A stretch of DNA of 64,000 nucleotides from NCBI GenBank assembly GCA_963703315.1, contig OY969811.1:544001-608000 (forward strand), given 5' to 3'. The notes beneath the pieces were generated by a model. It was not told the DNA's origin, did no database searches, and worked only from the letters and a program-made list of their open reading frames with translations. Source of the DNA: an uncultured cyanobacterium (GTDB lineage: Bacteria > Cyanobacteriota > Cyanobacteriia > Pseudanabaenales > Pseudanabaenaceae). Each line of letters begins with the position of its first letter. Within the stretch, counting starts at the first letter, position 1. Made by a program: the position numbers and the translations under genes. Of the stretch, positions 9,443-19,315 are shown in pieces.

Positions 9443-11542
9443 ATGACTATTGAAGACGCGATCGCCATCGTTGATGCTGCCCTTGAGGGCAAGCGCCTCA
9501 GCAATATTCAAGAGCAACTATTTCGCCAAACATGGGAGGGTAAGACTTACTCTGAGATTGCAGAGAGATGTGGCTACGATTCTTCCTATATTCGTGATGT
9601 GGGCTATCGTTTATGGAAAACTCTGTCCGATGGCTTTGGTGAGCGCGTCACTAAGCACAATTTACAAGTTGTGATTCGCGCTCAAGCCAAGCGATTTCAA
9701 GGTAATGGCTCGATTAATGAGATTAACCAGCCGATCGCCCATCATCCTTTAATGGCAATCACAAATCCTAATCATGCTGATGTGAGTGATATGAAGCGTT
9801 GTGATTGGGGCAATGCGATCGACACTTCGATTTTTTATGGACGAACAGAAGAACTCGCAACTGTGAAGAATTGGGTGATTGGCGATCGCTGCCGTCTGCT
9901 CGGTGTATTTGGTATGGGTGGCATTGGTAAAACTGCTTTTGCAACCAAGTTAGCAGAACAGGTGCAAGGTGAATTTACATTGATTGCTTGGCGATCGCTC
10001 CGTAATGCGCCCACAGTGGAAACGATGTTGTCAGAATTGGTCAGCTTCTTAACCAATCAAGCGATCGCCAATTTGCCACAAGACTTTGATCGGTTGCTAG
10101 TTATGTTTATGCAATGCCTGAAACAATCACGCTGCTTAATTGTGATGGACAATGTGGAATCAATCTTACGCAGTGGTGAAACGGCAGGACATTACAGTGA
10201 AGGCTATGAAGGTTATGGTGAACTATTCCGTCAGGTTGGTGAAGTGCGTCATCAAAGCTGCTTGATTTTGACCAGCCGCGAAAAGCCTAATGACGTGTTG
10301 CCTCCCGATAGTAGCGATCGCATGGTACGTTCTCTGCAATTGACTGGTTTAAAAGAAGAAGCCCGTCAAATGTTTCGTGAAGAATTGGCGATCGCTCCAG
10401 AAACTCGCAAATTAATCGACTTCTATTGTGGTAATCCCCTCGCACTAACGGTGGTATCGCGTTCCATCTACAGTATGTTCGATGGCAATGTACAAGAATT
10501 TCTCGATCAAGATGCCAATGTCTTTGGTGATATCCGCAATCTCATCGATCAGCAATATTCGCGCCTTTCTGACCTAGAGCAGCAGATTATGTATTGGCTA
10601 GCGATCGAGCGTGAACCGATCACCACCGACAATCTCCGTCAAGACATTGTGCCGATGGTTTCCAAATCGCAAATTCTGGAATCGGTGATTTCCCTGCGTT
10701 GGCGATCGCTGATTGAGAAGAATGCCAATAGCTTCACACAGCAACCTGTGGTGATGGAATATATGACTGATCGCCTCATCGACACAGCTTATAGCTCCAC
10801 TATTGATCGCAATCCCGAATTCCTCATGAGCTATGCTTTGGTGCAGCCTCGTGCCGAAGACTACATTCGTGAGACGCAGATTCGTCAAGTTGTCCAACCC
10901 CTTACCAATCGCTTGCTTGCCCACTATGGCAGTGCGGAGATTTTGCAGCGTGAATTACAGAGCTTGCTGGAAACTCTGCGCGATCGCCAAACGGCGATCG
11001 GCTATGCACAGGGCAATATCATGAATCTGCTCCGAGCTTCGCAAACCGATCTCACCAAGAAATTTTGCCGCTTTCCTGAACGAGTGACGGAGCATTCCGA
11101 TTTGCAAATTTTAGAGAGATTGTTAGAAAGCGATCGCGCTGGTGGGCTAGCCACATGGGATCATCGTATTCCTTGGGCAAACAATCCTCTCGCTCAACAA
11201 ACTTCCGAATCCAAAACCCAAATCCGCAGCAAAAATCTCTACTACCAATGGACAGAAGGTTCCCTAGAACAGTTGCACCAAGAACTCAAGCAACAGCCCA
11301 AACTTCGTAAGAAATATCATGCATGGTTAAATGAGACCGAATTTGCAGCGATCGATGCGGATTTTGAAGCTGTCAAAATCACCGATACTCTCAATCAACC
11401 CGTTGATGCGAGATTGGTATTTATCAATGAAGTCAATGTGATTGAGCCGCCTGTGGGTTTACCAACTCCAAGCGATCGCCGCAGTCAAGATCGTAAGAGA
11501 AAGCAAGAGTTGCAAGCAAATCGGGCTAAAAAGCTAGGCTAA
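9443..11542 (+). CDS. HTH + NB-ARC (STAND) NTPase with atypical C-terminal domain
   Basis: N-terminal HTH (TWEGKTYSEIAERCGY...LWKTLS); FYGRTEEL; Walker A GMGGIGKT; Walker B LIVMDNVE; LTSRE; GNPLAL; no WD40 repeats. Confidence 0.9.
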   Translation: MTIEDAIAIVDAALEGKRLSNIQEQLFRQTWEGKTYSEIAERCGYDSSYIRDVGYRLWKTLSDGFGERVTKHNLQVVIRAQAKRFQGNGSINEINQPIAHHPLMAITNPNHADVSDMKRCDWGNAIDTSIFYGRTEELATVKNWVIGDRCRLLGVFGMGGIGKTAFATKLAEQVQGEFTLIAWRSLRNAPTVETMLSELVSFLTNQAIANLPQDFDRLLVMFMQCLKQSRCLIVMDNVESILRSGETAGHYSEGYEGYGELFRQVGEVRHQSCLILTSREKPNDVLPPDSSDRMVRSLQLTGLKEEARQMFREELAIAPETRKLIDFYCGNPLALTVVSRSIYSMFDGNVQEFLDQDANVFGDIRNLIDQQYSRLSDLEQQIMYWLAIEREPITTDNLRQDIVPMVSKSQILESVISLRWRSLIEKNANSFTQQPVVMEYMTDRLIDTAYSSTIDRNPEFLMSYALVQPRAEDYIRETQIRQVVQPLTNRLLAHYGSAEILQRELQSLLETLRDRQTAIGYAQGNIMNLLRASQTDLTKKFCRFPERVTEHSDLQILERLLESDRAGGLATWDHRIPWANNPLAQQTSESKTQIRSKNLYYQWTEGSLEQLHQELKQQPKLRKKYHAWLNETEFAAIDADFEAVKITDTLNQPVDARLVFINEVNVIEPPVGLPTPSDRRSQDRKRKQELQANRAKKLG

Positions 11543-11592
11543 ACAAAATGAATAAACTCGCCGCTAGCGGCGAGTTTATTCATTTTGTTTAG
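11539..11592. repeat. Perfect 54-bp palindrome spanning the stop codons of two convergent genes (probable terminator)
   Basis: ctaaacaaaatgaataaactcgccgct|agcggcgagtttattcattttgtttag. Confidence 0.9.
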
Positions 11593-12544
11593 TCTTTGTG
11601 TTGCGCTGTAAAAGAATACTCAGATATTCCTGAGCTTCTACCCAGTTAGGTACAAGCTCAACTGCTGATTGAAAACAGGCGATCGCTTCTTCAGGCTTAC
11701 CAATATTGTTTAAGAGAATTCCAAGATTGAAATAGGGCTGAGCAAAATTAGGGTCAATCTCGATCGCTTCTTTATAAGACAAAATTGCATCTTTAAGTTG
11801 ATCGCGACGAATGAAGGTACTTCCAAGATTGCAGTGAGCATCGGCATAGGTGGGGTCAATTTGGATTGCTCGTTCAAAACAGGCGATCGCTTGATTTTCT
11901 AGAGATTCTTTTAAAGATTCTTGATCCCCATTAATGGAAGTAATTTTTTGTAAATAGGCGACACCCAAGGCATTGTAATCTTTAGCTTGGAGCAGATCCG
12001 AATTATAGTTATTTGCACGCTCATAGATCGCATTGACGGCTTCAGGATCATTCTGCTGGAAATATACCTGCGCGATCGCTCGATAAGCATCGAGATAATT
12101 AGGATCTGTAGAAATTGCCCGTTCATAACTAACTAATGCTTCTGCAATTCTGCCCCTTTCCTTAAGATTATCCCCCAATTTGCAATGATATTCTGGTAAG
12201 AAGCGATCAGGAGCTAGTTCTAAAGCTTTCTGAAAATGGGCGATCGCTAACTCACTCCATCCCATTTGTTGGTAAGCATTACCGATTCCTAATTGAGCAG
12301 CTAGAGATTGCGGATCAAGTTCAATCGCTTTACTAAAACAGGCGATCGCCTCCATGACATTGCCTTGGAGTTGATAAATTGTGCCAATGCGCTCATGGGC
12401 GGTCGCAAAATTAGGATCGATCGCTAAGGCGCGTTGGTAATTTTTAAGGGCGAGGGGGATATTGCCTGAAGGCTGATAGCGATCGCCAAATTGAATATAG
12501 GTCTCAGGCGATTCAACGGTTGATGGATTAATAACATCAGTCAT
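11576..12544 (-). CDS. Tetratricopeptide repeat protein
   Basis: About eight TPR units of the type AIACF.KAI.LDP..A.A..NLG; no catalytic domain seen. Confidence 0.92.
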   Translation of the reverse strand: MTDVINPSTVESPETYIQFGDRYQPSGNIPLALKNYQRALAIDPNFATAHERIGTIYQLQGNVMEAIACFSKAIELDPQSLAAQLGIGNAYQQMGWSELAIAHFQKALELAPDRFLPEYHCKLGDNLKERGRIAEALVSYERAISTDPNYLDAYRAIAQVYFQQNDPEAVNAIYERANNYNSDLLQAKDYNALGVAYLQKITSINGDQESLKESLENQAIACFERAIQIDPTYADAHCNLGSTFIRRDQLKDAILSYKEAIEIDPNFAQPYFNLGILLNNIGKPEEAIACFQSAVELVPNWVEAQEYLSILLQRNTKTKQNE

Positions 12545-12672
12545 GGCGATAAAAGTCTGTTATGGTATGGGGTTTCTGGTACAGTGCTTGACGCTATATC
12601 TCAAAAAGTTGATCACATATTTCCCCAAAACATCGCCGCAATTTCAATTAGCCGCAATATCACCGTTTTCCT

Positions 12673-14208
12673 ATGACAGTAAACATTGCCATTCGGATCT
12701 TTTCCCTTACTCTATGCACTGTGATGGGAATTGTGACTCAGCCAGCTTCTGCTCAAGTTGGTGAATATTGTCAATTTGAGAATGAAGCGATCGCGAATAA
12801 AGACAATTTACGTTTAGCCGCTTTTCCAGACAGTTCCAGTAAAAGCGTCAATTTAACTGCTACCAAAGCATATCAAGAGCTTGTCAAACAACATAGCCAA
12901 AAACTAAATACCTGTCGTCAACAATCTTGGCTGAAAACGCAAGGAATTTGGCTGCGGTTATATCCCTGTGATTTGCAGTCTGGAAAGCTCGATGAAGTGA
13001 TGGATCGGATTGTCAATCGTGGCTATAACCAAGTATTTGTGGAAGTTCTTTCCGATGGTAAGATTCTCTTACCGCAGTCAGAAAATATGACGGCTTGGGA
13101 TTCCCTTGTGCAGTCAGAGAAATATAAAAATGCTGACCTGTTGAAACTGGCGATCGCGAAAGGGAGAGAACGAGGACTAAAGGTTCACGCTTGGGTCTTT
13201 ACGATGAATGTGGGTAAAGGCTATGGACAAGGCTTTGATCGTGATGGATTGTCACGACAAACGGCAGCACGACAACAGGCGATCGCCCGTAATGCTAATA
13301 GGGACAGCACTATTTCTATAGTTGAGAACTTGGGTAAAAATAGCGAAGGAGAAGTTTCAACTCAGGATCAGCTATTTATCGATCCCTATAATTATCAAGC
13401 CCAAAGTGATTTGTATTTAGCCGTTAATGAGGTCGTCAAGCGGAATCCCGATGGCGTAGTATTTGACTATGTGCGTTACAAGCGCGGTGCAGGGGCGGCT
13501 TCGGTGGTGAGTAACGTTCGTTATCTATGGATTTATGGTGAAGCCTCTTTGCAAGCATTACGCGATCGTGCCGAAAATTTACAAGGACGAGAAATTATTA
13601 ATCGCTTTCTCAAACAGGGCTATATCACACCCACAGATCTCCAAACCGTGAAAAAGCTCTATCCTCAAGAACTAGAACCACTGTGGCAAGGTCGTCAACC
13701 ATCTAACCAAGCAAATCCTGCGATCGCCTATTGGCAAGCAGAACTGTGGCGTTTAGCGATTGGTCATGCTTTTATCGGTGTCACCCATTATCTCGGTATT
13801 GTCTCAAAACCAGTTTTGCGACAAGGGATTCCTGCAAGTATTGCCTTTTTCTCCGATGGCAATCAACCTGTGGGCAATGGTTTTGATTCGAGAATGCAGC
13901 CTTGGCATTTATTTCCGAGTACCTATGAATTTCAGCCGATGGCGTATGCAGTCTGTGGCAAACCTGACTGCATCGTTTCCCAAGTTCGTCGAGTTGTGCA
14001 GTATGCATCTGAAGGCGCGAAGATTTCGCCAATTTTAGTCGGTCAATGGAACGAACCCTTCAGCAATCGTCCATCTTTGGAATTACAAATGCAATCCATC
14101 CATTCCGCATTTCCAGACATTAACTCCATAAGTCATTTCGCTTTCGGTTGGCAAATGAGAGAGTTAGCTTTTACGCGATCGCGCCAATTTTGTACCCTAA
14201 AAGATTGA
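12673..14208 (+). CDS. Glycosyl hydrolase-like 10 (DUF187/GHL10) family exported protein
   Basis: Signal peptide; IWLRLYPCD, GYNQVFVEV, GLKVHAW, FIDPY and DGVVFDYVRY. Confidence 0.8.
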   Translation: MTVNIAIRIFSLTLCTVMGIVTQPASAQVGEYCQFENEAIANKDNLRLAAFPDSSSKSVNLTATKAYQELVKQHSQKLNTCRQQSWLKTQGIWLRLYPCDLQSGKLDEVMDRIVNRGYNQVFVEVLSDGKILLPQSENMTAWDSLVQSEKYKNADLLKLAIAKGRERGLKVHAWVFTMNVGKGYGQGFDRDGLSRQTAARQQAIARNANRDSTISIVENLGKNSEGEVSTQDQLFIDPYNYQAQSDLYLAVNEVVKRNPDGVVFDYVRYKRGAGAASVVSNVRYLWIYGEASLQALRDRAENLQGREIINRFLKQGYITPTDLQTVKKLYPQELEPLWQGRQPSNQANPAIAYWQAELWRLAIGHAFIGVTHYLGIVSKPVLRQGIPASIAFFSDGNQPVGNGFDSRMQPWHLFPSTYEFQPMAYAVCGKPDCIVSQVRRVVQYASEGAKISPILVGQWNEPFSNRPSLELQMQSIHSAFPDINSISHFAFGWQMRELAFTRSRQFCTLKD

Positions 14209-14239
14209 TAGCGGCGCGAAGCGCCGCTATCAATCTTTT
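14199..14239. repeat. Palindromic repeat whose left arm includes the GHL10 gene end
   Basis: aaaagattgatagcggcgc-gaa-gcgccgctatcaatctttt. Confidence 0.85.
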
Positions 14240-14248
14240 GCGTACATC

Positions 14249-15694
14249 TTAATCTTTTTTCACAACAAGAATCGTTTCGAGGCTGTCATCACTCGCACCA
14301 TTGATCACACCACCCGATCGCACAATAGCTTGCAACATCTCCACCACTTCCCTCGTAATTTCCTCACCAATACAAATCAAGGGAATCCCTGGGGGATAGG
14401 GACAAAGAGATTCTGCGCTAATTTTCCCAATCGCTTGCTCTAGAGGAAGGCGATCGCTTTTAGCAAAATAAACATCACGCGGAGAGAGATGAGATTGGTA
14501 ATTCGTAATTCGTAATTCGTAATTCACAATTGCATCCCTTTTCCCTTTTCCCTTGACGATCTGTTGAAATCCATCAACTAACCGATTAATATCCCCTTGA
14601 GTATTGCCAATACTGACCGCAAAAACTAGCTGACTCAGAGTGGGCATTTCTGCCATGACATTAAATTGGGAATATAGCAATTCATCGACTTCAAAGCCTG
14701 TAGTTTCCAGTTGATTAACCATTACCGTGAGGCGAGTAGGATCGAGAGTAGGAACTTCTACTTGACTAAAGGTTCTTAAGTTAGGAACTTGATTTAATTG
14801 CGATCGCGCTTCCTTTGCTAATCTCAAAGTCTCTGTTAATAGTTGTTTCCCCTCAACCGCCATTTGTCGTCTTGCCACATCAAGGGATAGCAGCAGCAAT
14901 AAATTAGGACTACTTGAGCGCAATATTTGCAAAGCTCGATCCACTTGTTCAGGATCAATGCGATCGCCTTGTAAATGTAAAATCGAAGACTGGGTAAGAC
15001 TACCTGCCACTTTGTGGGTTGATTGCACCACCAGATCTGCCCCAGCCTGTAATGCTGAAATTGGGAGATCGGGATGGAAGCCTAAATGTGCGCCGTGAGC
15101 AGCATCGACTAGTAAGGGAACATGGTATGCATGGGCGATCGCCGCTAGTTTCTCAATCTCACCGCAGACTCCAAAATAATTGGGACTGACTAGTAGCACG
15201 GCTTTCGCATCAGGATACTTTTTGAGAAAAAATTCTAACGTCTCAGGACTCACGCCCAAATCCAAATCAAATTCTGGTAAATAATCGGTCGGCAAATAAA
15301 TCGGAGTCGCACCGTTGAGAACTAATCCCGCGATCGCGGCCTTGTGACAATTACGCCCAATCAGAACCTGATCGCCCTGTCCACAGGTTGCCAAAAGCAT
15401 TGCCTGTACGCCGCAAGTGGAGCCATTAGTCAGAAACCATGCGCGATCGCTCCCGTAGGCATCCGCCGCAAGTAATTCTGCTGCCGTAATTGCATCTTCT
15501 AGTTTAGGTAATTCAGGCAAATCTAGACGAAATATCGTCTCCCCCATCAGCGCCGCTAATTCGCGATCAATGCCTTGACCACGTTTATGTCCCGGCATAT
15601 AAAACGGTGCATGATCAATGTTTAGATAGCGCTTGGCAGCTTCTAATAACGGAGTGGAATTTTGATTTGTCAAAGTTTTTGAGGACTTACACAT
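14249..15694 (-). CDS. Orn/Lys/Arg decarboxylase (PLP-dependent, fold type I)
   Basis: FYMPGHKRG, NGSTCG, RNCHKA, VDAAHGAH, QSTHK (PLP lysine) and PYPPGIP; start moved downstream because the track start at 15733 lies inside a palindromic repeat. Confidence 0.88.
   Translation of the reverse strand: MCKSSKTLTNQNSTPLLEAAKRYLNIDHAPFYMPGHKRGQGIDRELAALMGETIFRLDLPELPKLEDAITAAELLAADAYGSDRAWFLTNGSTCGVQAMLLATCGQGDQVLIGRNCHKAAIAGLVLNGATPIYLPTDYLPEFDLDLGVSPETLEFFLKKYPDAKAVLLVSPNYFGVCGEIEKLAAIAHAYHVPLLVDAAHGAHLGFHPDLPISALQAGADLVVQSTHKVAGSLTQSSILHLQGDRIDPEQVDRALQILRSSSPNLLLLLSLDVARRQMAVEGKQLLTETLRLAKEARSQLNQVPNLRTFSQVEVPTLDPTRLTVMVNQLETTGFEVDELLYSQFNVMAEMPTLSQLVFAVSIGNTQGDINRLVDGFQQIVKGKGKRDAIVNYELRITNYQSHLSPRDVYFAKSDRLPLEQAIGKISAESLCPYPPGIPLICIGEEITREVVEMLQAIVRSGGVINGASDDSLETILVVKKD
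14498..14525. repeat. STRR-type heptamer tandem repeat (GTAATTC x4) inside a CDS
   Basis: Four exact copies; they encode NYELRITNY in the decarboxylase linker. Confidence 0.9.
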
Positions 15695-15701
15695 TAGGCA
15701 A

Positions 15702-15740
15702 TATTTGTATGAGCAGCGCTTCGCGCTGCTCATACAAATA
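15702..15740. repeat. Palindromic repeat (GCGC-TTC-GCGC core)
   Basis: tatttgtatgagcagcgc-ttc-gcgctgctcatacaaata. Confidence 0.85.
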
Positions 15741-15742
15741 CT

Positions 15743-16939
15743 TTAAACTTTAGGTAACTGATACTGAGCGATAATCCGTTTGGCAAACTCAGGAACATGA
15801 GCCTCTAGCTTTTTAGGATAGTTACGACGCACGTAGAGATAATTGCGGACAAAGTGGGAATCGAGCGAAAATCTGCCATACTCCAAGCCTTTGGGACCAA
15901 TCTTATTCACCACAAAGCTAATAATCCAAGCTAGCCAAATTGGTAAAGTCACCGCTTGATCATAAGCCGAAATACCTTGTTGCACCGCCGCACGGCGATC
16001 GCCACTAGAAATGACAGGTTGAGTCTGTAATTGATCCTTAATCAGTTCCAGCATCTCTTTGCCCGTCTCATTACGCACCACGATCCATTGCCAACCAAAG
16101 GTTGCACCCATATAGCCCACGACAATATCTGCGAGAGCATTGGTATAGTCAAAACAGGTCATGCAAGAGGGAGCAAACACATCCTTGAGTTCCTTAGTAT
16201 TTAGCCCAAAGAATGGGACTAACTCAGTGGAGCCATCGGAATGTTTGAAATGCACGTTGAAGTCTTGCATAAATTCGTAATGCACCACTGTTTCAGGCGA
16301 TCGGCTGGTGGTGTCGAGGAATTTCTGTAAACCTGATCGCGTCACGTTATCGGTGCAAGGTGTCCCCAATACATAGAGCTTTTCTAAACCAAGTTCTTTC
16401 TCAACGGTGCGTAATGCTTGAATTTGGCAACCCACACCGATCGCTAATAGTCTCTTGATACCCGATTGCTCGATCTGTTCTAAAACTGAAAGATTTGGCG
16501 AAAGAGTCGGTTTATTCACCCGTGCAGCTAGAATTTCTTCACGGTTACGGGCAATCACAGGCTGAGGTTTGAAGCGATCGTCTTTGCTCGACTGCACACA
16601 TACCACGCCTTCGACTAAGCCCTTCTCTAACATGGCGATCGCCAGCGTGGATACAATTCCTGTCCATTGCGCCCCTTCAATCGGTTCAGTTTTGCGGGCG
16701 GCGATCATTTCTTGATGCACACCAAAATATAGTTCTTTTTCGTTATCAAGATCTCGCGATCGCCCATGAGACTGTGTTTCCAGTTCATCAATATGCTGCG
16801 TGATAAATGCACAAGCCTCTTTGACGTAATGAATGTAATAGGTATCGCAGAGACCACATTCACTGCACAATTCTTTAGCAGGGCGACGTTGAGGATCTGC
16901 TAGTCCTTTTGCCTTGCGATGGGATGGGACAACCGACAT
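15743..16939 (-). CDS. bciB: Ferredoxin-dependent 8-vinyl (divinyl chlorophyllide) reductase, FrhB family
   Basis: RPAKELCSECGLCDT, GAQWTGIVS, GVGCQIQALR and PSCMTCFDY Fe-S motifs typical of cyanobacterial BciB/CvrA. Confidence 0.82.
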   Translation of the reverse strand: MSVVPSHRKAKGLADPQRRPAKELCSECGLCDTYYIHYVKEACAFITQHIDELETQSHGRSRDLDNEKELYFGVHQEMIAARKTEPIEGAQWTGIVSTLAIAMLEKGLVEGVVCVQSSKDDRFKPQPVIARNREEILAARVNKPTLSPNLSVLEQIEQSGIKRLLAIGVGCQIQALRTVEKELGLEKLYVLGTPCTDNVTRSGLQKFLDTTSRSPETVVHYEFMQDFNVHFKHSDGSTELVPFFGLNTKELKDVFAPSCMTCFDYTNALADIVVGYMGATFGWQWIVVRNETGKEMLELIKDQLQTQPVISSGDRRAAVQQGISAYDQAVTLPIWLAWIISFVVNKIGPKGLEYGRFSLDSHFVRNYLYVRRNYPKKLEAHVPEFAKRIIAQYQLPKV

Positions 16940-17133
16940 TTTGCTATTTCTTATTATATAGATCTAGCTAGATCATAGCTTTTTTGGGTCAAACCCAAAA
17001 GAGAGGGGCGGCGCAAAGCGCCGCCACTCTCTTGGGGGTTTGGATTTGTCCTAACATCACTGACTACCGCCATAACTGTGCAAATGTACAAAGTACTGAG
17101 ATTCTGACTGAGATCGCCAACTCATAGAAAAAA

Positions 17134-17571
17134 TCAAATGTAAAACATTACATCTGTCTGTTGCTTTTTCTCCTCACATTTTCTCAAGAGATCTTCAAGG
17201 GTATGATTATGCAAAACATTAAAAGATGCGCCCTTCGCAGTTTCCCATATATCAATAACTGCGGCTTTTTCGGCAGTGAGGGCATCAAAACTTTTGGTTT
17301 CTTGTGGACTTTCGCCATCCAGAGCAACTACCACATCAGTGAGCTTAATCTGCCAAGGTTCACGGGCAAGATGATAACCACCTTTTGCGCCACGTTGACT
17401 GATGATGATACCTGAACGTCTCAGCATTGCCATCACTTGATCGAGATAACGAATGGGAATGCTTTGGCTGATGGCAATTTCGTTAACAGAGGTCGGTTTA
17501 CCCTGTTTGTGGCGCATGGCTAGCTCCAATAGAGCAATGCAAGCATAATCAACCTTACAAGATAGTTCCAT
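17134..17571 (-). CDS. Rrf2 family transcriptional regulator (CymR-like)
   Basis: IPIRYLDQV...SQRGAKGGYHLA wHTH; directly downstream of cysK. Confidence 0.9.
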   Translation of the reverse strand: MELSCKVDYACIALLELAMRHKQGKPTSVNEIAISQSIPIRYLDQVMAMLRRSGIIISQRGAKGGYHLAREPWQIKLTDVVVALDGESPQETKSFDALTAEKAAVIDIWETAKGASFNVLHNHTLEDLLRKCEEKKQQTDVMFYI

Positions 17572-17638
17572 AAAATTTAAAAAGTAGCAGGATTTTGGTT
17601 TTTAGTATGGGCAACGCAAAGCGCTGCCCATATTGCCT

Positions 17639-18610
17639 TTAGGAATTAGTAGAAGTTGCAGATGCGGGAACAAGATCGATATTTTGAAATAGGGGTGTAC
17701 TGAGATATCTCTCTCCAAAACTTGGTTGGATCACTACGATCAGGCGATCTCGATTTTCTTCCCGTTTTCCGACGGCGATCGCCGCCGCAAGAGCCGCACC
17801 TGAAGAAATTCCCGATAGCAATCCTTCTTCACGGGCGAGACGACGACCATAGATCATGGCTTGTTCATCGGAAATCCCAATCACTTCATCAATCAAATCT
17901 GTGCGTAATACTTGAGGAACAAAGCCTGCGCCAATTCCCTGAATCTTGTGAGCGCCCGCAACTCCACCCGCCAACACAGGACTATTAAACGGCTCAACGG
18001 CGATCGCTTTAAAACTAGGTTTACGTTGTTTGATCACTTCCGCTACCCCTGTAATCGTGCCACCAGTCCCCACACCCGCAATCACAATATCCACTGCTCC
18101 ATCGGTATCATTCCAGATTTCTTCCGCCGTAGTATGGCGATGGATTTCAGGGTTAGCGGGATTGTTAAACTGTTGCAGCATATAGGCATTACTGGTGGAA
18201 TCTGCGATTTCACCTGCTCGCCGAATTGCGCCGCGCATTCCTTCTGTTGCAGGAGTTAGTTCAAGTTCCGCGCCGTAAGCTCGGAGCATCGCACGACGCT
18301 CTAAACTCATGGTTTCAGGCATTGTTAAAATCAAGCGATAGCCCTTAGCAGCCGCAACCATTGCCAAGGCAATACCCGTATTACCTGAAGTTGGTTCGAC
18401 CAAAATTGTTTTAGCAGGACTGATTAAGCCCTTCTTTTCAGCATCTTCAATCATCGCTAAGCCAATCCGATCTTTGACCGATGAAGAAGGATTCAGGCTT
18501 TCTAGTTTGACGACAATTTTTGCCAAAGAACCATCTCTTTTGGGAATATTATTCAGGGCTACCAGTGGAGTACTACCAATTAACTGAGTAATGCTTTGCG
18601 CGATTTTCAT
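17639..18610 (-). CDS. cysK: Cysteine synthase A
   Basis: SVKDRIG (PLP lysine), [22 protein letters not shown] and [10 protein letters not shown]. Confidence 0.97.
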   Translation of the reverse strand: MKIAQSITQLIGSTPLVALNNIPKRDGSLAKIVVKLESLNPSSSVKDRIGLAMIEDAEKKGLISPAKTILVEPTSGNTGIALAMVAAAKGYRLILTMPETMSLERRAMLRAYGAELELTPATEGMRGAIRRAGEIADSTSNAYMLQQFNNPANPEIHRHTTAEEIWNDTDGAVDIVIAGVGTGGTITGVAEVIKQRKPSFKAIAVEPFNSPVLAGGVAGAHKIQGIGAGFVPQVLRTDLIDEVIGISDEQAMIYGRRLAREEGLLSGISSGAALAAAIAVGKREENRDRLIVVIQPSFGERYLSTPLFQNIDLVPASATSTNS

Positions 18611-18650
18611 GGGGAGCTAAATGTTGTAAAAAGACATTAGAAATAAAAAA

Positions 18651-18739
18651 TACGGTATCTTGGTGGGAATACCGTACTTAGTAAGATACAATACTTTTCA
18701 ACGTAATACAAATAAATCTACGGTTTCTCGACTGGGTAT
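18651..18739. promoter_or_regulatory. Putative operator in the divergent cysK/cysR promoter
   Basis: Inverted repeat TACGGTAT-N10-ATACCGTA (18651-18676) and a second similar box TACGGTTTCTCGACTGGGTAT (18719-18739). Confidence 0.5.
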
Positions 18740-19312
18740 GTGATGATTTATCTCGAAACAACGACTTCTCGTATTTATAAGCGTCGCGAAATGCTGATAA
18801 GACGTGACAACTTTATCTGGAAAATTGAGTCTGGAGTGGTGCGATCGCTGACTTGGACAGAGGATGGACAGGTAATCTGCTCAGGGTTGTGGGCTGATGG
18901 CGATGTGATTGGCAGTGAGCTATCCAACTTGCATCCCTACGAAATGGAGTGTTTAACAGATGTGCAATTAACCGAAGTTCCGCGATCGCAGTGGGGCGAT
19001 TATGTCGATGAAATTATTCGCCACAATCAAACGAGTGAGTTTTTATTAAAGATTTCCCATTGCCGTGCAAAGGATGATGCGTTGCGACAATTATTAGGTT
19101 GGTTAACTAATCGTTTCGGTGAAGAAGATCGTCATGGTCGCTTAATTGGTTTGCAATTAACGCATCAAGAACTAGCCGAATTAATTGGTTCAACTCGTGT
19201 GACCGTGACAAGGATTATTAATGATTTAGAAAGGGTTGGGTTTCTATCACGTAAAGGACGGAAGTTACTATTTCTTGCTGATAGTGCTGACCAATGGCAC
19301 TATGAAATCTAA
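18740..19312 (+). CDS. Crp/Fnr family regulator, CysR-like
   Basis: WKIESGVVRSLTW, LTHQELAELIGSTRVTVTR HTH and WHYEI end; divergent from cysK. Confidence 0.85.
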   Translation: MMIYLETTTSRIYKRREMLIRRDNFIWKIESGVVRSLTWTEDGQVICSGLWADGDVIGSELSNLHPYEMECLTDVQLTEVPRSQWGDYVDEIIRHNQTSEFLLKISHCRAKDDALRQLLGWLTNRFGEEDRHGRLIGLQLTHQELAELIGSTRVTVTRIINDLERVGFLSRKGRKLLFLADSADQWHYEI

Positions 19313-19315
19313 ACC

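Noticed and set aside
15695..15733. N-terminal extension MSSAKRCSYKYCL of the decarboxylase
   Set aside because: The ATG lies within a palindromic repeat arm; a downstream start is more plausible.
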